Both the position numbers and the translations under genes were made by a program. A model generated the notes under the pieces. That model saw nothing but the letters and a program-made list of their open reading frames with translations. It did no database searches and was not told the DNA's origin. Below, in pieces: positions 1 to 13,140 of a stretch of 64,000 nucleotides of DNA; the stretch's first letter is position 1; every line of letters begins with the position of its first letter. The stretch comes from Eledone cirrhosa (taxonomy: Eukaryota), in NCBI GenBank assembly GCA_964016885.1, contig CAXHJY010000096.1:2046001-2110000 (forward strand), read 5' to 3'.

Positions 1-639
1 CAAGGGGAGATAATTTCCAGCCGTCCAAGGGGAGATAATTTCCAGCCGTCCAAGGGGAGATAATTTTTTTTTAAAAATCAGGCGGAGATAATTTGTAAAA
101 AAAATCAGGGGGAGATAATTTGTAAACAAAATCAGGGGGAGATAATTTGTAAAAAAAAATCAGGGGGAGATAATTTGTAAAAAAAATTAGGCGTAGGTAA
201 TTTGTAAAAAAAAATCAGGGGGAGATAATTTGTAAAAAAAAATCAGGGGGAGATAATTTGTTTAAAAAATCAAGGGGAGATAATTTGCAGCCGTCCAAGG
301 GGAGATAATTTTCAGCCGTCCAAGGAGAGGTAATTTCTAGCCGTTCAAGGGGAGATAATTTCCAGCCGTCCAAGGGGAGATAATTTCCAGCCGTCCAAGG
401 GGAGATAATTTTTTTTAAAAAATCAGGCGGAGATAATTTGTAAAAAAAAATCAGGGGGAGATAATTCGTAAAAAAAAATCAGGGGGAGATAATTTGTAAA
501 AAAAAATCAGGGGGAGATAATTTGTAAAAAAAATCAAGGGGAGATAATTTCCAGCCGTCCAAGGGGAGGTAATATCTAGCCGTCCAAGGGGAGATAATTT
601 CCAGCCGTCCAAGGGGAGATAATTTCCAGCCGTCCAAGG

Positions 640-3600
640 GGAGATAATTTCCAGCCGTCCAAGGAGACATATTTTCCAGCCGTCCAAGGCGAGGTAATTT
701 CTAGCCGTCCAAGGGGAGATAAATTCCAGCCTCCAAGGGGAGATAATTTCCAGCCAGCCAAGGGGAGATAATTTGTAAAAAAATCAGGGGGAGATAATTT
801 GTAAAAAATATCAGGGAGATAATTTGTAAAAAAAAATCAGGGGGAGATAATTTGTAAAAAAAATCAGGGGGAGATAATTTGTAAAAAAAAATCAGGGGGA
901 GATAATTTGTAAAAAAAATCAAGGGGAGATAATTTCCAGCCGTCCAAGGGGAGATAATTTTCAGCCGTCCAAGGAGAGGTAATTTCTAGCCGTCCGAGGA
1001 GAGATAATTTCCAGCCGTCCAAGGGGAGATAATTTCCAGCCGTCCAAGGGGAGATAATTTCCAGCCGTCCAAGGAGACATATTTTCCAGCCGTCCAAGGA
1101 GAGGTAATTTCTAGCCGTCCAAGGGGAGATAAATTCCAGCCTCCAAGGGGAGTTAATTTCCAGCCAGCCAAGGGGAGATAATTTGTAAAAAAATCAGGGG
1201 GAGATAATTTGCAAAAAAAATCAGGGGGAGATAATTTGTAAAAAAATCAGGGGGAGATAATTTGTAAAAAATAATCAGGGGGAGATAATTTCCAGCCGTC
1301 GAAGGGGAGATAATTTAAAAAAAAATCAGGCGGAGATAATTTGTAAAAAAAAATCAGGGGGAGATAATTTGTAAAAAAAAATCAGGGGGAGATAATTTGT
1401 AAAATAAATCAAGGGGAGATAATTTCCAGCCGTCCAAGGGGAGATAATTTTCAGCCGTCCAAGGGGAGATAATTTCCCGCCAGCCAAGGGAAGATAATAT
1501 TTAAAAAAATCAGGCGGAGATAATTTGTAAAAAAAATCAGGGGGAGATAATTTGTAAAAAAATCAGGGGGAGATAATTTGTAAAAAAAAATCAGGGGGCG
1601 ATAATTTGTAAAAAAAATCAGGGGGAGATAATTTGTAAAAAAAAATCAGGGGGAGATAATTTGTAAAAAAAAATCAGGGGGAGATAATTTGTAAAAAAAA
1701 TGAAAGGGGAGATAATATCCAGCCGTCCAAGGGGAGATAATTTCCAGCCGTCCAAGGGGAGATAATTTCCAGCCGTCCAAGGGGAGATAATTTCCATCCT
1801 TCCAAGGGGATATAATTTCCAGCCGTCCAAGGGGAGATAATTTCCATCCTTCCAAGGGGATATAATTTCCAGCCGTCCAAGGGGAGATAATTTTCAGCCG
1901 TCCAAGGAGAGGTAATTTCTAGCCGTCCAAGGAGAGATAATTTCCAGCCGTCCAAGGGGAGATAATTTCCAGCCGTCCAAGGGGAGATAATTTCCAGCCG
2001 TCCAAGGAGACATATTTTCCAGCCGTCCAAGGAGAGGTAATTCCTAGCCGTCCAAGGGGAGATAAATTCCAGCCTCCAAGGGGAGATAATTTCCAGCCAG
2101 CCAAGGGGAGATCATTTGTAAAAAAAATCAGGGGGAGATAATTTGTAAAAAAAATCAGGGGGAGATAATTTGTAAAAAAAAATCAGAGGGAGATAATTTG
2201 TAAAAAATAATCAGGGGGAGATAATTTGTAAAAAAAATCAAGGGGAGATAATTTCCAGCCGTCCAAGGGGAGATAATTTTCAGCCGTCCAAGGGGAGATA
2301 ATTTTCAGCCGTCCAAGGAGAGGTAATTTCTAGCCGTCCAAGGAGAGATAATTTCCAGCCGTCCAAGGGGAGATAATTTCCAGCCGTCCAAGGGGAGATA
2401 ATTTCCAGCCGTCCAAGGAGACATATTTTCCAGCCGTCCAAGGAGAGGTAATTCCTAGCCGTCCAAGGGGAGATAAATTCCAGCCTCCAAGGGGAGATAA
2501 TTTCCAGCCAGCCAAGGGGAGATCATTTGTAAAAAAAATCAGGGGGAGATAATTTGTAAAAAAAATCAGGGGGAGATAATTTGTAAAAAAAAATCAGAGG
2601 GAGATAATTTGTAAAAAATAATCAGGGGGAGATAATTTGTAAAAAAAATCAAGGGGAGATAATTTCCAGCCGTCCAAGGGGAGATAATTTTCAGCCGTCC
2701 AAGGGGAGATAATTTCCCGCCAGCCAAGGGAAGATAATATTTAAAAAAATTAGGCGGAGATAATTTGTAAAAAAAATCAGGGGGAGATAATTTGTAAAAA
2801 AATCAGGGGGAGATAATTTGTAAAAAAAATCAGGGGGAGATAATTTGTAAAAAAAAATCAGGGGTAGATAATTTGTAAAAAAAAATCAGGGGGAGATAAT
2901 TTGTAAAAAAAATCAGGGGGAGATAATTTGTAAAAAAAATCAGGGGGAGATAATTTGTAAAAAAAAATCAGGGGTAGATAATTTGTAAAAAAAAATCAGG
3001 GGGAGATAATTTGTAAAAAAAATCAAGGGGAGATAATTTCCAGCCATCCAAGGGAAGATAATTTCCAGCCCTCCAAGGGGCTATAATTTCCAGCGTCCAA
3101 GGGGAGATAATTTCCAGCCAGCGAAGGGGAGATAATTTTTTTTTCAAAATCATTGGGAGATTTGTAAAAAAAATCAGGGGGAGATAATTTGTAAAAAAAA
3201 TCAAGGGGAGATAATTTCCAGCCGTCCAAGGGGAGGTAATATCTAGCCGTCCAAGGGGAGATAATTTCCAGCCGTCCAAGGGTAGATAATATCCAGCCGT
3301 CCAAGGACATATTTTCCAGCCGTCCAAGGAGAGGTAATTTCTAGCCGTCCAAGGGGAGATAAATTCCAGCCTCCAAGGGGAGATAATTTCCAGCCAGCCA
3401 AGGGGAGATAATTTGTAAAATAATCAGGGGGAGATAATTTGTAAAAAAAATCAGGGGGAGATAATTTGTAAAAAAAAATCAGGGGGAGATAATTTGTAAA
3501 AAAAAATCAGGGGGAGATAATTTGTAAAAAAAATCAGGGGGAGATAATTTGTAAAAAAAATCAAGGGGAGATCATTTCCAGCCGTCCAAGGGAGATAATT

Positions 3601-6600
3601 TTCAGCCGTCCAAGGGGAGATAATTTCCCGCCAGCCAAGGGAAGATAATATTTAAAAAAATCAGGCGGAGATAATTTGTAAAAAAAATCAGGGGGAGATA
3701 ATTTGTAAAAAAATCAGGGGGAGATAATTTGTAAAAGAAAAATCAGGGGGAGATAATTTGTAAAAAAAATCAGGGGGAGATAATTTGTAAAAAAAAATCA
3801 GGGGTAGATAATTTGTAAAAAAAAATCAGGGGGAGATAATTTGTAAAAAAAATCAGAGGGAGATAATTTGTAAAAAAAATGAAAGGGGAGATAATATCCA
3901 GCCGTCCAAGGGGAGATAATTTCCAGCCGTCCAAGGGGAGATAATTTCCAGCCGTCCAAGGGGAGATAATTTCCATCCTTCCAAGGGGATATAATTTCCA
4001 GCCGTCCAAGGGGAGATAATTTCCCGCCAGCCAAGGTAAGATAATTTTTAAAAAAATCAGGCGGAGATTGTAAAAAAAATCAGAGGGGAGATAATTTGTA
4101 AAAAAATCAGGGGGAGATAATTTGTAAAAAAAAATCAGGGGGAGATAATTTGTAAAAAATAATCAGGGGGAGATAATTTGTAAAAAAAAATCAAGGGGAG
4201 ATAATTTCCAGCCGTCCAAGGGGAGATAATTTCCCGCCAGCCAAGGGAAGATAATATTTAAAAAAATTAGGCGGAGATAATTTGTAAAAAAAATCAGGGG
4301 GAGATAATTTGTAAAAAAATCAGGGGGAGATAATTTGTAAAAAAAATCAGGGGGAGATAATTTGTAAAAAAAATCATGGGGAGATAATTTGTAAAAAAAA
4401 ATCAGGGGTAGATAATTTGTAAAAAAAAATCAGGGGGAGATAATTTGTAAAAAAAAATCAGGGGGAGATAATTTGTAAAAAAAATCAAGGGGAGATAATT
4501 TCCAGCCGTCCAAGGGGAGATAATTTTCAGCCGTCCAAGAAGAGGTAATTTCTAGCCGTCCAAGGGGAGATAATTTCCAGCCGTCCAAGGGGAGGTAATT
4601 TCCAGCCGTCCAAGGGGAGATAATTTTTAAAAAAAAATCAGGCGGAGATAATTTGTAAAAAAAATCAGGGGGAGATAATTTGTAAAAAAAATCAGGGGGA
4701 GATAATTTGTAAAAAAAAATCAGGGGGAGATAATTTGTAAAAAAAATCAAGGAGAGATAATTTCCAGCCGTCCAAGGGAAGATAATTTCCAGCCGTCCAA
4801 GGAGACATATTTTCCAGCCGTCCAAGGCGAGGTAATTTCTAGCCGTCCAAGGGGAGATAAATTCCAGCCTCCAAGGGGAGATAATTTCCAGCCAGCCAAG
4901 GGGAGATAATTTGTAAAAAAATCAGGGGGAGATAATTTGTAAAAAATATCAGGGAGATAATTTGTAAAAAAAAATCAGGGGGAGATAATTTGTAAAAAAA
5001 ATCAGGGGGAGATAATTTGTAAAAAAAAATCAGGGGGAGATAATTTGTAAAGAAAATCAAGGGGAGATAATTTCCAGCCGTCCAAGGGGAGATAATTTTC
5101 AGCCGTCCAAGGAGAGGTAATTTCTAGCCGTCCGAGGAGAGATAATTTCCAGCCGTCCAAGGGGAGATAATTTCCAGCCGTCCAAGGGGAGATAATTTCC
5201 AGCCGTCCAAGGAGACATATTTTCCAGCCGTCCAAGGAGAGGTAATTTCTAGCCGTCCAAGGGGAGATAAATTCCAGCCTCCAAGGGGAGATAATTTCCA
5301 GCCAGCCAAGGGGAAATAATTTGTAAAAAAATCAGGGGGAGATAATTTGCAAAAAAAATCAGGGGGAGATAATTTGTAAAAAAAATCAGGGGGAGATAAT
5401 TTGTAAAAAATAATCAGGGGGAGATAATTTCCAGCCGTCCAAGGGGAGATAATTTAAAAAAAAATCAGGCGGAGATAATTTGTAAAAAAAAATCAGGGGG
5501 AGATAATTTGTAAAAAAAAATCAGGGGGAGATAATTTGTAAAAAAAATCAAGGGGAGATAATTTCCAGCCGTCCAAGGGGAGATAATTTTCAGCCGTCCA
5601 AGGGGAGATAATTTCCCGCCAGCCAAGGGAAGATAATATTTAAAAAAATCAGGGGGAGATAATTTGTAAAAAAAATCAGGGGGAGATAATTTGTAAAAAA
5701 AAATCAGGGGGAGATAATTTGTAAAAAAAAATCAGGGTGAGATAATTTGCAAAAAAAATCAGGGGGAGATAATCTGTAAAAAAAAATCAGGGGTAGATAA
5801 TTTGTAAAAAAAAATCAGGGGGAGATAATTTGTAAAAAAAAATCAGGGGGAGATAATTTGTAAAAAAAATCAAGGGGAGATAATTTCCAGCCGTCCAAGG
5901 AGAGATAATTTAAAAAAAAATCAGGCGGAGATAATTTGTAAAAAAAAATCAGGGGGAGATAATTTGTAAAAAAAATCAGGGGGAGATAATTTGTAAAAAA
6001 AAATCAGGGGTAGATAATTTGTAAAAAAAAATCAGGGGGAGATAATTTGTAAAAAAAAATCAGGAGGAGATAATTTGTAAAAAAAATCAAGGGGAGATAA
6101 TTTCCAGCCGTCCAAGGAGAGATAATTTTAAAAAAAATCAGGCGGAGATAATTTGTAAAAAAAAATCAGGGGGAGATAATTTGTAAAAAAAAATCAGGGG
6201 GAGATAATTTGTAAAAAAAATCAAGGGGAGATAATTTCCAGCCGTCCAAGGGGAGATAATTTTCAGCCGTCCAAGGGGAGATAATTTCCCGCCAGCCAAG
6301 GGAAGATAATATTCAAAAAAATCAGGCGGAGATAATTTGTAAAAAAAATCAGGGGGAGATAATTTGTAAAAAAATCAGGGGGAGATAATTTGTAAAAAAA
6401 AAAATCAGGGGGAGATAATTTGTAAAAAAAATCAGGGGGAGATAATTTGTAAAAAAAAATCAGGGGTAGATAATTTGTAAAAAAAAATCAGGGGGAGATA
6501 ATTTGTAAAAAAAAATCAGGGGGAGATAATTTGTAAAAAAAATGAAAGGGGAGATAATATCCAGCCGTCCAAGGGGAGATAATTTCCAGCCGTCCAAGGG

Positions 6601-8530
6601 GAGATAATTTCCAGCCGTCCAAGGGGAGATAATTTCCATCCTTCCAAGGGGATATAATTTCCAGCCGTCCAAGGGGAGATAATTTCCATCCTTCCAAGGG
6701 GATATAATTTCCAGCCGTCCAAGGGGAGATAATTTTCAGCCGTCCAAGGAGAGGTAATTTCTAGCCGTCCAAGGAGAGATAATTTCCAGCCGTCCAAGGG
6801 GAGATAATTTCCAGCCGTCCAAGGGGAGATAATTTCCAGCCGTCCAAGGAGACATATTTTCCAGCCGTCCAAGGAGAGGTAATTCCTAGCCGTCCAAGGG
6901 GAGATAAATTCCAGCCTCCAAGGGGAGATAATTTGTAAAAAAAATCAGGGGGAGATAATTTGTAAAAAAAATCAGGGGGAGATAATTTGTAAAAAAAATC
7001 AGGGGGAGATAATTTGTAAAAAAAAATCAGGGGTAGATAATTTGTAAAAAATAATCAGGGGGAGATAATTTGTAAAAAAAATCAAGGGGAGATAATTTCC
7101 AGCCGTCCAAGGGGAGATAATTTTCAGCCGTCCAAGGGGAGATAATTTCCCGCCAGCCAAGGGAAGATATTTAAAAAAATTAGGCGGAGATAATTTGTAA
7201 AAAAAATCAGGGGGAGATAATTTGTAAAAAAATCAGGGGGAGATAATTTGTAAAAAAAATCAGGGGGAGATAATTTGTAAAAAAAATCAGGGGGAGATAA
7301 TTTGTAAAAAAAAATCAGGGGGAGATAATTTGTAAAAAAAATCAAGGGGAGATAATTTCCAGCCGTCCAAGGGAAGATAATTTCCAGCCCTCCAAGGGGC
7401 TATAATTTCCAGCGTCCAAGGGGAGATAATTTCCAGCCAGCGAAGGGGAGATAATTTTTTTAAAAAAATCATTGGGAGATTTGTAAAAAAAATCAGGGGG
7501 AGATAATTTGTAAAAAAAATCAAGGGGAGATAATTTCCAGCCGTCCAAGGGGAGGTAATATCTAGCCGTCCAAGGGGAGATAATTTCCAGCCGTCCAAGG
7601 GGAGATAATTTCCAGCCGTCCAAGGGTAGATAATATCCAGCCGTCCAAGGACATATTTTCCAGCCGTCCAAGGAGAGGTAATTTCTAGCCGTCCAAGGGG
7701 AGATAAATTCCAGCCTCCAAGGTGAGATAATTTCCAGCCAGCCAAGGGGAGATAATTTGTAAAAAAATCAGGGGGAGATAATTTGTAAAAAAAATCAGGG
7801 GGAGATAATTTGTAAAAAAAAATCAGGGGGAGATAATTTGTAAAAAAAAATCAGGGGGAGATAATTTGTAAAAAAAAATCAGGGGGAGATAATTTGTAAA
7901 AAAATCAAGGGGAGATAATTTCCAGCCGTCCAAGGGGAGATAATTTTCAGCCGTCCAAGGGGAGATAATTTCCCGCCAGCCAAGGGAAGATAATATTTGA
8001 AAAAATCAGGCGGAGATAATTTGTAAAAAAAATCAGGGGGAGATAATTTGTAAAAAAATCAGGGGGAGATAATTTGTAAAAAAAAAATCATGGGGAGATA
8101 ATTTGTAAAAAAAATCAGGGGGAGATAATTTGTAAAAAAAAATCAGGGGTAGATAAATTGTAAAAAAAAATCAGGGGGAGATAATTTGTAAAAAAAATCA
8201 GGGGGAGATAATTTGTAAAAAAAATGAAAGGGGAGATAATATCCAGCCGTCCAAGGGGAGATAATTTCCAGCCGTCCAAGGGGAGATAATTTCCAGCCGT
8301 CCAAGGGGAGATAATTTCCATCCTTCCAAGGGGATATAATTTCCAGCCGTCCAAGGGGAGATAATTTCCCGCCAGCCAAGGGAAGATAATTTTAAAAAAA
8401 ATCAGGCGGAGATTGTAAAAAAAATCAGGGGGGAGATAATTTGTAAAAAAATCAGGGGGAGATAATTTGTAAAAAAAAATCAGGGGGAGATAATTTGTAA
8501 AAAATAATCAGGGGGAGATAATTTGTAAAA
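640..8530 (+). repeat. Older, diverged pair of ~4.1-4.8-kb higher-order units (boundaries approximate)
   Basis: Marker offsets vary (701/4839 = 4138, 1618/6460 = 4842, 3770/8115 = 4345), which indicates internal indels. Block order resembles the 4-kb unit at 28.5-32.6 kb. Confidence 0.65.
1870..2700 (+). repeat. 411-bp local tandem duplication (boundaries approximate)
   Basis: The rare variant ATCATTTGT is at 2111 and 2522, and CAGAGGGAG occurs in both copies. ORF markers are 1919/2330. Confidence 0.9.
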
Positions 8531-9870
8531 AAAAATCAAGGGGAGATAATTTCCAGCCGTCCAAGGGGAGGTAATATCTAGCCGTCCAAGGGGAGATAAT
8601 TTCCAGCCGTCCAACGGGAGATAATTTCCAGCCGTCCATGGGTAGATAATATCCAGCCGCCCAAGGACATATTTTCCAGCCGTCCAAGGAGAGGTAATTT
8701 CTAGCCGTCCAAGGGGAGATAATTACAGCCGTCCAAGGGTAGATAATATCCAGCCGTCCAAGGACATATTTTCCAGCCGTCCAAGGAGAGGTAATTTCTA
8801 GCCGTCCAAGGGGAGATAAATTCCAGCCTCCAAGGGGAGATAATTTCCAGCCAGCCAAGGGGAGATAATTTGTAAAAAAATCAGGGGGAGATAATTTGTA
8901 AAAAAAATCAGGGGGAGATAATTTGTAAAAAAAAATCAGGGGGAGATAATTTGTAAAAAAAAATCAGGGGGAGATAATTTGCAAAAAAAATCAGGGGGAG
9001 ATAATTTGTAAAAAAAAATCAGGGGTAGATAATTTGTAAAAAAAAATCAGGGGGAGATAATTTGTAAAAAAAAATCAGGGGGAGATAATTTGTAAAAAAA
9101 ATCAAGGGGAGATAATTTCCAGCCGTCCAAGGGAAGATAATTTCCAGCCCTCCAAGGGGCTATAATTTCCAGCGTCCAAGGGGAGATAATTTCCAGCCAG
9201 CGAAGGGGAGATAATTTTTTTTAAAAAATCATTGGGAGATTTGTAAAAAAAATCAGGGGGAGATAATTTGTAAAAAAAATCAAGGGGAGATAATTTCCAG
9301 CCGTCCAAGGGGAGGTAATATCTAGCCGTCCAAGGGGAGATAATTTCCAGCCGTCCAACGGGAGATAATTTCCAGCCGTCCATGGGTAGATAATATCCAG
9401 CCGCCCAAGGACATATTTTCCAGCCGTCCAAGGAGAGGTAATTTCTAGCCGTCCAAGGGGAGATAATTTCCAGCCGTCCAAGGGTAGATAATATCCAGCC
9501 GTCCAAGGACATATTTTCCAGCCGTCCAAGGAGAGGTAATTTCTAGCCGTCCAAGGGGAGATAAATTCCAGCCTCCAAGGGGAGATAATTTCCAGCCAGC
9601 CAAGGGGAGATAATTTGTAAAAAAATCAGGGGGAGATAATTTGTAAAAAAAATCAGGGGGAGATAATTTGTAAAAAAAAATCAGGGGGAGATAATTTGTA
9701 AAAAAAAATCAGGGGGAGATAATTTGCAAAAAAAATCAGGGGGAGATAATTTGTAAAAAAAAATCAGGGGTAGATAATTTGTAAAAAAAAATCAGGGGGA
9801 GATAATTTGTAAAAAAAAATCAGGGGGAGATAATTTGTAAAAAAAATCAAGGGGAGATAATTTCCAGCCG
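8520..9870 (+). repeat. 744-bp local duplication containing an internal 97-bp duplication; recurs near 14.7, 21.7, 38.7 and 45.7 kb
   Basis: The AACGGG...CCATGGGTAG...CCGCCCAAGGACAT marker set starts at 8613 and 9357. The GGTAG/GGACAT/GGAGAGGT monomer series is doubled inside each copy. Confidence 0.85.
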
Positions 9871-12139
9871 TCCAAGGAGAGATAATTTTAAAAAAAATCA
9901 GGCGGAGATAATTTGTAAAAAAAAATCAGGGGGAGATAATTTGTAAAAAAAATCAGGGGGAGATAATTTGTAAAAAAAAATCAGGGGTAGATAATTTGTA
10001 AAAAAAAATCAGGGGGAGATAATTTGTAAAAAAAAATCAGGGGGAGATAATTTGTAAAAAAAATCAAGGGGAGATAATTTCCAGCCGTCCAAGGAGAGAT
10101 AATTTTAAAAAAAATCAGGGGGAGATAATTTGTAAAAAAAATCAAGGGGAGATAATTTCCAGCCGTCCAAGGGGAGATAATTTTCAGCCGTCCAAGGGGA
10201 GATAATTTCCCGCCAGCCAAGGGAAGATAATATTCAAAAAAATCAGGCGGAGATAATTTGTAAAAAAAATCAGGGGGAGATAATTTGTAAAAAAATCAGG
10301 GGGAGATAATTTGTAAAAAAAAAAATCAGGGGGAGATAATTTGTAAAAAAAATCAGGGGGAGATAATTTGTAAAAAAAAAATCAGGGGTAGATAATTTGT
10401 AAAAAAAAATCAGGGGGAGATAATTTGTAAAAAAAAATCAGGGGGAGATAATTTGTAAAAAAAATGAAAGGGGAGATAATATCCAGCCGTCCAAGGGGAG
10501 ATAATTTCCAGCCGTCCAAGGGGAGATAATTTCCAGCCGTCCAAGGGGAGATAATTTCCATCCTTCCAAGGGGATATAATTTCCAGCCGTCCAAGGGGAG
10601 ATAATTTCCATCCTTCCAAGGGGATATAATTTCCAGCCGTCCAAGGGGAGATAATTTTCAGCCGTCCAAGGAGAGGTAATTTCTAGCCGTCCAAGGAGAG
10701 ATAATTTCCAGCCGTCCAAGGGGAGATAATTTCCAGCCGTCCAAGGGGAGATAATTTCCAGCCGTCCAAGGAGACATATTTTCCAGCCGTCCAAGGAGAG
10801 GTAATTCCTAGCCGTCCAAGGGGAGATAAATTCCAGCCTCCAAGGGGAGATAATTTCCAGCCAGCCAAGGGGAGATAATTTGTAAAAAAAATCAGGGGGA
10901 GATAATTTGTAAAAAAAATCAGGGGGAGATAATTTGTAAAGAAATCAGGGGGAGATAATTTGTAAAAAAAATCAGGGGGAGATAATTTGTAAAAAAAATC
11001 AGGGGGAGATAATTTGTAAAAAAAAATCAGGGGGAGATAATTTGTAAAAAAAATCAAGGGGAGATAATTTCCAGCCGTCCAAGGGAAGATAATTTCCAGC
11101 CCTCCAAGGGGCTATAATTTCCAGCGTCCAAGGGGAGATAATTTCCAGCCAGCGAAGGGGAGATAATTTTTTTAAAAAAATCATTGGGAGATTTGTAAAA
11201 AAATCAGGGGGAGATAATTTGTAAAAAAAATCAAGGGGAGATAATTACCAGCCGTCCAAGGGGAGGTAATATCTAGCCGTCCAAGGGGTGATAATTTCCA
11301 GCCGTCCAAGGGGAGATAATTTCCAGCCGTCCAAGGGTAGATAATATCCAGCCGTCCAAGGACATATTTTCCAGCCGTCCAAGGAGAGGTAATTTCTAGC
11401 CGTCCAAGGGGAGATAAATTCCAGCCTCCAAGGTGAGATAATTTCCAGCCAGCCAAGGGGAGATAATTTGTAAAAAAAAATCAGGGGGAGATAATTTGTA
11501 AAAAAAATCAAGGGGAGATAATTTCCAGCCGTCCAAGGGGAGATAATTTTCAGCCGTCCAAGGGGAGATAATTTCCCGCCAGCCAAGGGAAGATAATATT
11601 TAAAAAAATCAGGCGGAGATAATTTGTAAAAAAAATCAGGGGGAGATAATTTGTAAAAAAATCAGGGGGAGATAATTTGTAAAAAAAAAATCAGGGGGAG
11701 ATAATTTGTAAAAAAAATCAGGGGGAGATAATTTGTAAAAAAAAATCAGGGGTAGATGAATTGTAAAAAAAAATCAGGGGGAGATAATTTGTAAAAAAAA
11801 TCAGGGGGAGATAATTTGTAAAAAAAATGAAAGGGGAGATAATATCCAGCCGTCCAAGGGGAGATAATTTCCAGCCGTCCAAGGGGAGATAATTTCCAGC
11901 CGTCCAAGGGGAGATAATTTCCATCCTTCCAAGGGGATATAATTTCCAGCCGTCCAAGGGGAGATAATTTCCCGCCAGCCAAGGGAAGATAATATTTAAA
12001 AAAATTAGGCGGAGATAATTTGTAAAAAAAATCAGGGGGAGATAATTTGTAAAAAATCAGGGGGAGATAATTTGTAAAAAAAATCAGGGGGAGATAATTT
12101 GTAAAAAAAATCATGGGGAGATAATTTGTAAAAAAAAAT

Positions 12140-13140
12140 CAGGGGTAGATAATTTGTAAAAAAAAATCAGGGGGAGATAATTTGTAAAAAAAAATCAGGG
12201 GGAGATAATTTGTAAAAAAAATCAAGGGGAGATAATTTCCAGCCGTCCAAGGGGAGATAATTTTCAGCCGTCCAAGGAGAGGTAATTTCTAGCCGTCCAA
12301 GGGGAGATAATTTCCAGCCGTCCAAGGGGAGGTAATTTCCAGCCGTCCAAGGGGAGATAATTTTAAAAAAAAAATCAGGCGGAGATAATTTGTAAAAAAA
12401 ATCAAGGGGAGATAATTTGCAGCCGTCCAAGGGGAGATAATTTTCAGTCGTCCAAGGAGAGGTAATTTCTAGCCGTCCAAGGGGAGATAATTGCCAGCCG
12501 TCCAAGGGGAGATAATTTCCAGCCGTCCAAGGGGAGATAATTTTTTTTTAAAAATCAGGCGGAGATAATTTGTAAAAAAAATCAGGGGGAGATAATTTGT
12601 AAACAAAATCAGGGGGAGATAATTTGTAAAAAAAAATCAGGGGTAGATAATTTGTAAAAAAAAATCAGGGGGAGATAATTTGTAAAAAAAAATCAGGGGG
12701 AGATAATTTGTAAAAAAAATCAAGGGGAGATAATTTCCAGCCGTCCAAGGGGAGATAATTTTCAGCCGTCCAAGGAGAGGTAATTTCTAGCCGTCCAAGG
12801 GGAGATAATTTCCAGCCGTCCAAGGGGAGGTAATTTCCAGCCGTCCAAGGGGAGATAATTTTAAAAAAAAAATCAGGCGGAGATAATTTGTAAAAAAAAT
12901 CAAGGGGAGATAATTTGCAGCCGTCCAAGGGGAGATAATTTTCAGTCGTCCAAGGAGAGGTAATTTCTAGCCGTCCAAGGGGAGATAATTGCCAGCCGTC
13001 CAAGGGGAGATAATTTCCAGCCGTCCAAGGGGAGATAATTTTTTTTAAAAAATCAGGCGGAGATAATTTGTAAAAAAAATCAGGGGGAGATAATTTGTAA
13101 ACAAAATCAGGGGGAGATAATTTGTAAAAAAAAATCAGGG
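12140..13140 (+). repeat. 498-bp local tandem duplication; recurs near 18.3, 25.3, 36.2, 42.3 and 49.3 kb; single copy at ~60.7-61.2 kb
   Basis: ORF markers 12167/12665. The TTGCAGCC, CAGTCGTCC, ATTGCCAG and GTAAACAAAA markers are doubled. Confidence 0.88.
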
